Under the pieces are notes generated by a model. It ran no database searches. It saw only the letters and a list, made by a program, of their open reading frames with translations, and was not told the DNA's origin. A program made the position numbers and the translations under genes. From a virus, in the IMG/VR virus record IMGVR_UViG_3300045747_000156, positions 1 through 62,611 of that record: a DNA stretch of 62,611 nucleotides; one strand, written 5' to 3'. Below, in pieces: positions 15,345 through 23,257 of the stretch (its first letter is position 1; each line of letters opens with the position of its first letter).

Positions 15345-16105
15345 GCTGGTTTCCGGCAAATCCACAGGTTGTTACGGGCTTCGTCTGGGTATAGAGGAGC
15401 AAAGATGCAGGAAATCGCATCATTGTCGTAGTACTCAGACAAAGCCTTTTTGACTTCTGCAATGGCTGATTTGTTGGCGCGGTCAGTCTCAGCTTTACCA
15501 ATGTGTTTGATGTCCATGAAGACACCGTAACGCTTCTCAATTTTGAAGCCGGCCTTTTCCGTCGCTTTTTGCAACTCAGGAATTTCATACTCATGGATGT
15601 GGTTTGCGGCATGGCGCACGCCGTCATAGCACGGAGTGGACATCAACATAATGCCGCCTGGTTTCAGAGACGCAAAGCAAGCCTTCAACATCTTTGCACC
15701 GTGCTCTACGCGCATGTGCTCGATCACTTCGTAGTGAACAACAATGTCAAAGCCGCCGGCGTTGTCGCCCTTGAGAAGTTCCTTGTAGCGCTCAACAAAG
15801 TTGAACTCGCCATGGAACTGGAGCTTGGCCGCAGCAGACGGCTTCAGCTTGTTGAGGTCAACACCGGTGTAGTGCAACACATGAGGCGCAGCACCACCGG
15901 TCAGGATCTTGCTCAACGGTTTGTCTTCACCGCAACCGATTTCAAGGACGCGGTCCTTAGTGGTAATGAAGCGGCGGGCAAAGCTCCAGCGAAAAAAGTG
16001 ACCTGAGTAGTCGCGGCCCAAAGTCTTTCCGTGACCGTTGGCGTGGAGTTGGGTCGTGTCGTAGTCGCGATCGTCGCGGTTCTTTTCTTTACGAGTAGTA
16101 GCCAT
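15341..16105 (-). CDS. Class I SAM-dependent methyltransferase (not a recognisable DNA MTase)
   Basis: Motif I VLEIGCGEDKPL, post-I YTGVDLN, FDIVVHYEVIEHM, LKPGGIMLMSTP. No DPPY/NPPY or PCQ motif. Confidence 0.75.
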   Translation of the reverse strand: MATTRKEKNRDDRDYDTTQLHANGHGKTLGRDYSGHFFRWSFARRFITTKDRVLEIGCGEDKPLSKILTGGAAPHVLHYTGVDLNKLKPSAAAKLQFHGEFNFVERYKELLKGDNAGGFDIVVHYEVIEHMRVEHGAKMLKACFASLKPGGIMLMSTPCYDGVRHAANHIHEYEIPELQKATEKAGFKIEKRYGVFMDIKHIGKAETDRANKSAIAEVKKALSEYYDNDAISCIFAPLYPDEARNNLWICRKPA

Positions 16106-16156
16106 GATGTTCTTGGATCCTCAGCAAATTGGTTGACGAAACAGGCTTACGCCCAA

Positions 16157-16762
16157 TTACTTGGCGCCTTTGACGGCCTTGGCAGCAGGAGGGTTCGCGC
16201 CCTTCTTGGTCAAGTCGTTGCGGTACCATGCCACGTAGCTGAACTTTTTGTCGTCCAGACCGTGAGCAGCTTGCACCTTTTCAAAGATCTTCTGATCAGA
16301 CAGATTGCCAGCCATGATGAGGTCTTTGAACATTTGAGCGGCAGACGGACCTTTCTTTTCAGCTTTGGCAGGCTTTTCGGCCGCGACCTTTGGGGTCTTG
16401 ACCGCCTTTGCCGGCTTTTCAGCTGGGACGTCTTTGGTTGCTTTTTCCACTTTGGCAGTGGACGCCTTTTTGGCTGTAGCCATTTCTATTTCCTTTTGGG
16501 ACAGTTTAGTAAGGCGGCCAAGTGCTTCCATGGCCTCCGGTGATGCCCCGACAGTCCGTGCATACTGAGCGTACAGCTGAGCACAACGTTCCACCGGGTA
16601 ATCGTCAAGCGGTTGGTACAGCTCAACGAATGCTTTACTGGGCATGTGTTCGATATTGAAACCGTTCTCAATGCTCAGGGGAATGAATTCTACAGTGGAA
16701 CCGCCACTTAGCGCTAGGCACGTGCGTCGTTGGCGGTCTGCACAAACAGATGGATATGACAT
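16157..16762 (-). CDS. Lys/Ala/Pro-rich (histone H1-like) protein with C-terminal WYRxxLxKKG domain
   Basis: Strong RBS ctgaggatcattaaATG. Central AKKASTAKVEKATKDVPAEKPAKAVKTPKVAAEKPAKAEKK. The C-terminal domain is paralogous to that of 31067..31516. Confidence 0.6.
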   Translation of the reverse strand: MSYPSVCADRQRRTCLALSGGSTVEFIPLSIENGFNIEHMPSKAFVELYQPLDDYPVERCAQLYAQYARTVGASPEAMEALGRLTKLSQKEIEMATAKKASTAKVEKATKDVPAEKPAKAVKTPKVAAEKPAKAEKKGPSAAQMFKDLIMAGNLSDQKIFEKVQAAHGLDDKKFSYVAWYRNDLTKKGANPPAAKAVKGAK

Positions 16763-16814
16763 TTAATGATCCTCAGCAGTTTCGATGATGTATTGTATCA
16801 TGATCATTATGTGA

Positions 16815-18224
16815 TTATGATTTTTGGCGGCGTGATTTTGCAAGTTGCTTGAGCCCATCAAATAACGCATTCTGTGTTTTGCCCTTAGCAGTCAAGCTAT
16901 TCCACACATATAGGTCCACAGTGTTGTCGCACAAAAGAACGTGTACGATGACGCGTTTGCTCTTGTTGCCCTGCCTGAGGACGCGTCTGATGAACTGGTC
17001 GTAGACCTCACCGTCCCACGTTAGAGTAAACCAAGCCACGTTGTGCCCAGCTTCTTGGAGGTTCAAACCGTGGCTAAGACTCTGCGCCTGCGCAAACAAA
17101 ACTGGGATTACACCACTGTTCCACTTGTCTTCCAACTTCTTGAAGTCCTTGGCAGCATAGTCGCCAGCAAAGACCGCGGTTGGGAATGCTTTGCGCAGGC
17201 GCTCAGCTTCGTGGCTGAACTCGTACGCCACCAGCAGCGGAGACCCTTGCAGCTCCTCGATGATCACTTCCAGTGCCTCTATCTTCTCGGTGTGCAATTC
17301 TGCCCACTCGCGCTTGGTCTTTGATGGCTTGAACAGACCTTCAACCTCAGGTGTCAAGAACACAGCCCCCGAAGCCATCTGACGGCATTTGCCCATGGCC
17401 ACACCGCTGTTCTTGGCAACAACGGACCCCTGCTCGATCTCGGCTACGAGGTCATCCTCAACGCTGAGATAAGCTGCTAGAGCGGCGTCTGGCATCTTGA
17501 CCCTGACGATGTTCTCTATCAACTGAGGCATTTCTAGATAGTCTTCTGCCGCCATACGCAGGACCAGCGGGTTCAGCTTCTTGTAGATGAGGTCCTCGGA
17601 TCCTGGCTTTATATCCCACCCAAATCCGTTGTAGGCCTGTGTGAAGTAAGTTTTCTGGTAGTGGGTAATATACTGGCCAAGCGCATTGCCCTGGTCTAGC
17701 ATGTACATCTGTCCAAACAATTGCAGAAGGCCGTTGGCGGCTGGTGACCCCGTCAAACCCCAGCGGCGACGGAATGTATTGATGACCTGCTTCATGGCCT
17801 TGAACCTATCAGACTGATGGTTCTTGAATGCAGTCAGCTCATCAATGACCAGAGTACCAAACCCTAGTTTTTTGAACCGCTTCAGGTCAACTGAGACGGC
17901 GTTCTTGCCTGTCCGCGGTGACTTGACTTTGGTGACTCCTAGCAGCCATTCAAGTCCACCTGGATTGATGACGTAGATGTCAGCTTCCTGCTCCAGCAGC
18001 TTATCCTTGTGGGGACCGTGCAGAACCACGATACGCAAGCCTGCAAAATCCAACCACTTAGCAGCTTCGCCTGGCCATGTTGCATGGGCAACACGCAGTG
18101 GCGCAACAATCAAGACCTTGTCTTCTTTGCCGGCCTTTAGTAGCAGTTTTATAGCGGCTAATGTTATAGAGGTTTTTCCTAAACCTTCACTAACCAGGGT
18201 CGAGAAATAACCCGGCTGAACCAT
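16815..18224 (-). CDS. SNF2-family helicase, main body (motif I onward); N-terminus lies in another frame
   Basis: LVSEGLGKTS (motif I), VIDELTAFKN (motif II), SLSHGLNLQ (V), QFIRRVLRQGN (VI). The Q-motif region is encoded by 18190..18312 in a different frame. Confidence 0.8.
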   Translation of the reverse strand: MVQPGYFSTLVSEGLGKTSITLAAIKLLLKAGKEDKVLIVAPLRVAHATWPGEAAKWLDFAGLRIVVLHGPHKDKLLEQEADIYVINPGGLEWLLGVTKVKSPRTGKNAVSVDLKRFKKLGFGTLVIDELTAFKNHQSDRFKAMKQVINTFRRRWGLTGSPAANGLLQLFGQMYMLDQGNALGQYITHYQKTYFTQAYNGFGWDIKPGSEDLIYKKLNPLVLRMAAEDYLEMPQLIENIVRVKMPDAALAAYLSVEDDLVAEIEQGSVVAKNSGVAMGKCRQMASGAVFLTPEVEGLFKPSKTKREWAELHTEKIEALEVIIEELQGSPLLVAYEFSHEAERLRKAFPTAVFAGDYAAKDFKKLEDKWNSGVIPVLFAQAQSLSHGLNLQEAGHNVAWFTLTWDGEVYDQFIRRVLRQGNKSKRVIVHVLLCDNTVDLYVWNSLTAKGKTQNALFDGLKQLAKSRRQKS

Positions 18225-18312
18225 GCTCCAGTAGGAACTTGATTGCCTTGCGTTGGTACTGGTGAGGTTCCCAAAGCCGGGGTTTCTCGACCCTGAACAG
18301 GGTCATCTCCAT
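18190..18312 (-). CDS. SNF2 helicase N-terminal fragment (Q-motif region), separated from the body by a +1 frame change
   Basis: MEMTLFRVEKPRLWEPHQYQRKAIKFLLEHGSAGLFLDPG then TAG. The body frame is open over the same 35 nt. Start placed just after the HNH stop. Confidence 0.6.
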   Translation of the reverse strand: MEMTLFRVEKPRLWEPHQYQRKAIKFLLEHGSAGLFLDPG

Positions 18313-18313
18313 G

Positions 18314-18826
18314 TTATTTCCTTGACAGAAGAACGCCAGCAGAAATTTTTGCTTTTGCTTCTTCAGTATGATGTTTACCAAACATTGGATGTTTGGTTCC
18401 AGTTCTTCCATAGCCTGGCGCGTCTTCTTTGGCCCTGCCGTACATAGGGTTTCCCTTTCCTGACACTCGTTGACTCATCCTCTCCCGTTTTTCAGGAGTC
18501 CATACAGATTTCCAAATCCCCTTCATAGAGGCGTCTAGCTGATTCTCTTTATTTGTTCCCAACCATAAATGATCAGGATTGATGCAACCCTTATTATCAC
18601 ACGTGTGGCAGACAAAAAGCCCGGTTGGGACTTTCCCTACGTGCAATTGGTATGACGCTATGTTAGCTCTTCTATGGTACGAAGCCCGTTGTAAATGCCT
18701 TGACAGCATTCCATATCCGTTCCAGGATACACTGCCAGACCACATCCAGCAACCACCCACAACTTCGTAGTTTGTCAAAAGTTGAAATACCAAGAAGTCG
18801 TTGATGTCATCCTGTGTTCTAGCCAT
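18314..18826 (-). CDS. Free-standing HNH homing endonuclease with NUMOD3-like repeats
   Basis: [28 protein letters not shown] (HNH_3-type) plus GKGNPMYGR and [20 protein letters not shown] (NUMOD3-like). Confidence 0.8.
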   Translation of the reverse strand: MARTQDDINDFLVFQLLTNYEVVGGCWMWSGSVSWNGYGMLSRHLQRASYHRRANIASYQLHVGKVPTGLFVCHTCDNKGCINPDHLWLGTNKENQLDASMKGIWKSVWTPEKRERMSQRVSGKGNPMYGRAKEDAPGYGRTGTKHPMFGKHHTEEAKAKISAGVLLSRK

Positions 18827-18834
18827 AGTCTTCC

Positions 18835-19140
18835 CTATTTGGATCTAATCAATTCTAACACTGTTTTAGATAGGGAGGCTATGGCATCGTCTGCATTTGT
18901 ATGTACCTCTACTTGATAACCTAGGCGAGTGAGCTCTTTATGTATTACAGCCTGCTTGGGCTCAGGCTTGTAGCCTTCACGCTTGAACTCAAATAGAATT
19001 GGGCGACCTCCAGGCATCCAGATAATTCTATCCGGGTATCCAGTATCGCCCAATATCTGAAGTTTACTGACCTTGAGGCTCCAGCGCTTCCAAGCCTCTC
19101 TTACGAACTTGGCTTCTTCGTCTACCTCAAGGTCGCGCAT
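18835..19140 (-). CDS. VRR-NUC domain nuclease
   Basis: [30 protein letters not shown] matches the VRR-NUC core (PD...E.K...Q). Confidence 0.75.
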   Translation of the reverse strand: MRDLEVDEEAKFVREAWKRWSLKVSKLQILGDTGYPDRIIWMPGGRPILFEFKREGYKPEPKQAVIHKELTRLGYQVEVHTNADDAIASLSKTVLELIRSK

Positions 19141-19679
19141 TACGCCATCACTAAAGTCGGATGCAGCTTGAACAGCTCGATGGCGTGCAGTGCCTGAGAC
19201 TTAGCGTCGTCAAGAGCATTGTGGTAAGTACCAACACGGACCAGCTTAGGTCCTGGGGCGATGTTCTTCAGGGTGCGGTAGCAGCGACCGTTCCACGCGA
19301 TCCACGCTTGCTTGAGCTCAGCCACGTCGTAGCAGCAGGCCAACAGAGGGTTGTCGAAGTCGGCACCGTTGCCCCAGACCTTGACGTTGGTATCCTTCTT
19401 GACAAATTTGGTGAAGGCATTCAATGCGTCATGCAGCGATGGTGCGTCTTCAGCCATGGACGCATCAACAACTTTACGCGCCTCAGCGCTTTGCTTAGAC
19501 CACCATTGCTGAGTGCTCTCGCTCTCTTTGAGCCCCATCTCTTCGCTGTGACTGCGGCTGATGACATGATAGAACTCTTCGCCGAGTCCGTCCTCACCAA
19601 AGTAAACGGCACCAATACTAAGTACCACCGAACCTGGGACGGTGCCCATAGTTTCCAAGTCAACCATTATGTGTTTCAT
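19140..19679 (-). CDS. DEDDh 3'-5' exonuclease
   Basis: MVDLETMG (Exo I), WGNGADFDNPLL (Exo II), YHNALDDA (Exo III). Confidence 0.8.
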   Translation of the reverse strand: MKHIMVDLETMGTVPGSVVLSIGAVYFGEDGLGEEFYHVISRSHSEEMGLKESESTQQWWSKQSAEARKVVDASMAEDAPSLHDALNAFTKFVKKDTNVKVWGNGADFDNPLLACCYDVAELKQAWIAWNGRCYRTLKNIAPGPKLVRVGTYHNALDDAKSQALHAIELFKLHPTLVMA

Positions 19680-19681
19680 GT

Positions 19682-19831
19682 TTATTCCTTGTCAAATACA
19701 TGCCAGTCAGCGCTGTCAAATATCAGCACTGTGTAATCATCGCTCATGTGAGTCATGTCTCTTAAGTCTTCGCGATAGCACCACGTACCATCTGGCCAGA
19801 CCATGATGTCTTCAAGACTCAGTACTTGCAT
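19682..19831 (-). CDS. Small conserved-looking phage protein (49 aa, below the ORF-track cutoff)
   Basis: MQVLSLEDIMVWPDGTWCYREDLRDMTHMSDDYTVLIFDSADWHVFDKE. It exactly fills the gap between the Cas4-like and exonuclease genes. I recall the W.DGTWC...MSDDY pattern from other phages. Confidence 0.55.
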   Translation of the reverse strand: MQVLSLEDIMVWPDGTWCYREDLRDMTHMSDDYTVLIFDSADWHVFDKE

Positions 19832-20550
19832 AGTCCAGGTCCGCCTTTGGCCTTACCGCTCTGCCCGTAGAAGCACCAGCGGCATTTGTCATTAGCACGC
19901 GGTGGGAATGTCTTGTCTACAAACATGGGCTTGACGCGCTTCTCCCACAGCTTCTTGAGCCTGGGAATGTCTGAGCGGTCATAGACGATCGGGTCATCAG
20001 GAGCTGGGTAGATCATGCCCTGGTCCAAGTAGACCAAGCGCGGCTTCACGAACTGGACGTGCTCATGCAGGAGCATAGCCGCCAGCGCGTACAGCTGCAA
20101 CTGCTCGAGGTACTCTTCATGCAGTTCGTCACGCATCTTGCCAGTCTTCCAATCAGTGATGACCATGGTGTCATCGCCCTCTTGGTGGGCGGCATCGAGT
20201 TTAATGCGGCACCAGCACTTGATCCAGTTGTTCCACTCAGTGCGGTCCCACGTGTTGGTGAACGCCCAGTTGTCTTCAACCGTGATACCCACAGCGCGCT
20301 TCTTGTAGAGGAGCCGCAGCTTCTTGAACTCGTCCGCAAACAGCTTCAGTTCTACGGGCAGCTTGACAACCATGCCTTTGAGGTACTGCTCAGCAAGCAC
20401 GTGGATGTGAGCCCCACGCTGCATAGCATCGTTTGTCGGTTCGTTGATCTTGTCTAGCGCAGAAAGTTTGAAGGCCAGCGGGCATTTTCTATATAGGGAG
20501 TACTTGCTAAAAGACCAGCTGGTTACAGCTTTAATTTGTTTGGTGACCAA
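19819..20550 (-). CDS. Cas4-like PD-(D/E)XK nuclease with 4-Cys cluster
   Basis: N-terminal Cys (YRKCPLAF), VITDWKTGK, QLQLYALA, C-terminal CRWCFYGQSG...GLCKY. Confidence 0.75.
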   Translation of the reverse strand: MVTKQIKAVTSWSFSKYSLYRKCPLAFKLSALDKINEPTNDAMQRGAHIHVLAEQYLKGMVVKLPVELKLFADEFKKLRLLYKKRAVGITVEDNWAFTNTWDRTEWNNWIKCWCRIKLDAAHQEGDDTMVITDWKTGKMRDELHEEYLEQLQLYALAAMLLHEHVQFVKPRLVYLDQGMIYPAPDDPIVYDRSDIPRLKKLWEKRVKPMFVDKTFPPRANDKCRWCFYGQSGKAKGGPGLCKY

Positions 20551-20957
20551 GATAATTCTCCTTTAAGATATTTAACTGCTCGTTCTACGTTTTTCAATGA
20601 GTCGCTTAGCAAGCCTAGGCCTCTGTTACATCGGTGACAAAGAAGCCCTCTTATTTTGCCGGTTTTGTGGTCATGATCTACGCAAAAGAACCCCTTTCCA
20701 GTCTGGCCTTTGTCTGTTGACTTACAGATTGCACATTTGCCCTTTTGGCTCTTTAGCATGCGTTCGTAATCCTCAGTAGTGATACCGTATGAGAATTTCA
20801 AAGCATTTCGTCTAACTCTTAGGGCAAATCCTACCGGATCTTTAGCCTTGGACTCGCGCATTCTATCTGCGTAGTAAGTGGGGTTCTTTTCCCTAAACTT
20901 CCTAGACGCCTCCCTTCTTGACGCAAGTGCGGCCTCAGTGTATTGGTCAGTTGCCAT
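20523..20957 (-). CDS. Recombination endonuclease VII
   Basis: CAICKSTDKG...FCVDHDHKTGKIRGLLCHRCNRGLGLL is the Endonuclease_7 signature. Start chosen at MATDQY (20957). Confidence 0.85.
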   Translation of the reverse strand: MATDQYTEAALASRREASRKFREKNPTYYADRMRESKAKDPVGFALRVRRNALKFSYGITTEDYERMLKSQKGKCAICKSTDKGQTGKGFFCVDHDHKTGKIRGLLCHRCNRGLGLLSDSLKNVERAVKYLKGELSWSPNKLKL

Positions 20958-22863
20958 ATAGGACTTTTCCTTTCTTGTCGAAATCAATTAGATCGGCCCA
21001 TGACTTGTCTGACCAAGAGCCTTCGCTCAGCATGGGGACGTCAAACTCAACGCCTTCCATAGCAACGCGCAAGCTCTCCATGCTAACTTTGATGGTCTTT
21101 TTAGGCACTGAGCACGTGATCTGGTCGTGAACGTTCAGCAGCAAATACTCACCAGGCTTCTTAGCGCGCCAGTATCTGATGATGGCTGTCTTGGTGCAAT
21201 CAGCAGCAGATCCTTGAATCAAGGCGTTTGGCAGCTTGTAGCTGAACTCCATCATGCGACCGTTGATCATCTTAGGAGCTTCGCAGTAGTACTCACGCCC
21301 ACCCCATGTACGGACTGGAAGATTGTTCTTGGCCCTGCTCTTAGCATCGGCGTACATGTCTTTCAGTCCTGGGTACAGCAGCAGAATAGCCTTCTTAAGT
21401 TCACCGGCTTCCACCACGGACATGTTGTTTCGCTCAGCCAGCTTAGCAGCACCCATGCCGTAAATGAGACCCAAGTTGGTATTCTTCACTGGCTTACGCT
21501 CATAGAACTTGCCCATCTTTGCAAGCTCTGCTTTAGCGTAGTCGTGGAAGTCAATCCAAGGGTCGGCGTTGTACTTGTCCATCAACTCGCCGCCGTCAAA
21601 ATGAGCGAGGATTCGAGGTTCCTGCTGCGAGTAATCTCGGTCAATCAGTACGTGGTCATCAAAGTACGGGATCACGTACCCGCGGCACTGAGGCAGATCT
21701 GGAATGCCTTTCAACGGGCACTTAGGCTTGTTCTTGTCCTGATGCTGCCATAGCGGATCGAAGTCCTTTGGCATGTTCATGAACCAGGTAGCTGACAGAC
21801 GACCTGTGCGCGCTCCAACTGAGCCTGCGCCCTCAGCAGACTTCGTCTGGTTCCACTGGGTGTAAATGTAGCCGTTAGACATTTCTGCCATGGCCAACCA
21901 CGGACCCATAAAGGTTCCGACGCACGTCTTGAGGCCGGCGCGGTACTTCAGCATAGCCAGCAGAACTTTATCCGACACGCCGACCAGCAGAGCATCCTTG
22001 TTGGTTTGGAACTTGCCTGTGGGTGTCCGTGGCATGATGTCTTCATCTACCTTCTTAGCAGCTATCATTGCAGCAATCAGCTGCTCGCCAGAGTTCAGGT
22101 TGATGTCAGCCGGGGCCTTCAGCTCTTTGATGATCCAAGCGTCGACTCTAGACTGCCACTCGACATAGATGGAAACGTCTTCACGTAATCTACCCAAATC
22201 GACCCTGATACCGAGACGTTCGATCTCAAGCAGAATTCTTGAGAGCTCCCGTTCACGGTTATATGCCCCGAGCATGTCACGCTCAACGGTCTTTGGGTAG
22301 AGTAGCTCAAAAATCGCTTCTGTTCGTTCAGTATCGCCGTCTGCATATTCTCCAACAAGACCGCCAGGAGCAAAGGCGATGTATCGTCCGAAGTAGTGGT
22401 CTGAAGCCTTGGATCTTGAGATTTTGACATTTGGAATTGGTTGGTTAGCAATCAGCCACTCGCCAACGGCGTCCTGCTCGTCAGGGGCAATGCCTAAGAG
22501 CCGAGTCGCAGACGGTTTCAGACCTAGCTCTGACTGATTAGGATCATCTAGGAACAACAGAAACAGGGTATCGTGTACTTTGTCCCATGGCAACTCAGGC
22601 ATGCCCATGTGCTTTTCAGCAACGTCTACGTCGAACTTGCCATTCTGGAACAGCACGCCGTCCTTAGAAGCCCACGCCTTGTCAAGCGCCTTCTTGGCTT
22701 CACCCCACGAGCAGTTGTTTCCTGTTACGTGGCCCCATGCGTAGTACTTGGCCTTCTTGCCTGGATACTTGATGGACACTCCCACAGGTGCTGGTGGATA
22801 CAGTGGACGATCTTCGATGCCTATGGTCTCAAAGTCGACTGTTGGTGGCTTTGGGACTTTCAT
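20947..22863 (-). CDS. Family A DNA polymerase with 3'-5' exonuclease domain
   Basis: VDFETIGIE (Exo I), DYSQQEPRILAH (motif A), KNTNLGLIYGMG (motif B), LLNVHDQI (motif C). Confidence 0.9.
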   Translation of the reverse strand: MKVPKPPTVDFETIGIEDRPLYPPAPVGVSIKYPGKKAKYYAWGHVTGNNCSWGEAKKALDKAWASKDGVLFQNGKFDVDVAEKHMGMPELPWDKVHDTLFLLFLDDPNQSELGLKPSATRLLGIAPDEQDAVGEWLIANQPIPNVKISRSKASDHYFGRYIAFAPGGLVGEYADGDTERTEAIFELLYPKTVERDMLGAYNRERELSRILLEIERLGIRVDLGRLREDVSIYVEWQSRVDAWIIKELKAPADINLNSGEQLIAAMIAAKKVDEDIMPRTPTGKFQTNKDALLVGVSDKVLLAMLKYRAGLKTCVGTFMGPWLAMAEMSNGYIYTQWNQTKSAEGAGSVGARTGRLSATWFMNMPKDFDPLWQHQDKNKPKCPLKGIPDLPQCRGYVIPYFDDHVLIDRDYSQQEPRILAHFDGGELMDKYNADPWIDFHDYAKAELAKMGKFYERKPVKNTNLGLIYGMGAAKLAERNNMSVVEAGELKKAILLLYPGLKDMYADAKSRAKNNLPVRTWGGREYYCEAPKMINGRMMEFSYKLPNALIQGSAADCTKTAIIRYWRAKKPGEYLLLNVHDQITCSVPKKTIKVSMESLRVAMEGVEFDVPMLSEGSWSDKSWADLIDFDKKGKVLYGN

Positions 22864-23069
22864 AGCGCACGAATCTCCTCACGTTCACGGTGAGCGCGCA
22901 GGTAGTTGAGGCGTGCGTGAATGCGAAGCATGATGACCTTGCTTTTGCGCGGCCCCTTTTGCTCCAGCTTAATCAGCCGGTCGCACTCTTTCTCGTTGCA
23001 GAGAAGATTGTTTTGGAGGTGCTCATTGAGCCCCTTCCACGTTCTTAGTACTGGGTCTTTATGTTCCAT
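22860..23069 (-). CDS. Hypothetical small protein upstream of the polymerase
   Basis: Start MEHKDPV at 23069 with ggagaactc RBS. The stop overlaps the polymerase ATG (ATGA). Confidence 0.5.
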   Translation of the reverse strand: MEHKDPVLRTWKGLNEHLQNNLLCNEKECDRLIKLEQKGPRKSKVIMLRIHARLNYLRAHREREEIRAL

Positions 23070-23175
23070 GAGTTCTCCGTCTTTTGAAGAGGTCGCTAGC
23101 ACTAAGCCGTCATTGGTTGCGCGTCACCCAGTCTGCCCAGATGCACCACTGATCTCTGGATACCAACAACCTCAT

Positions 23176-23205
23176 CAAAAGACCCTGAGCCCGAAGACCC
23201 AGGGT
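23176..23205 (-). terminator. Intrinsic terminator-like hairpin (second of a tandem pair)
   Basis: Minus strand ACCCTG...CAGGGT stem followed by CTTTTG. Confidence 0.5.
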
Positions 23206-23206
23206 G

Positions 23207-23246
23207 TGAAAAAGGAGCCTGCGTGTGATCACAGCATGCGCTCCTT
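23207..23246 (-). terminator. Intrinsic terminator after the SSB-like gene
   Basis: Minus strand AAGGAGC (21-nt partly paired loop) GCTCCTT followed by TTTTT. Confidence 0.6.
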
Positions 23247-23257
23247 CAGGGAGGTAA

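Noticed and set aside
16792-16800. Extended -10-like TGATACAAT upstream of the K/A-rich protein gene
   Set aside because: It has no -35 and lacks the shared 20-bp early motif. It is plausible but too weak to list as a feature.
18313-18411. Upstream part of track ORF 18190..18411
   Set aside because: It overlaps the HNH endonuclease gene in another frame. The SNF2-like sequence begins only after the HNH stop (Met at 18312/18306).
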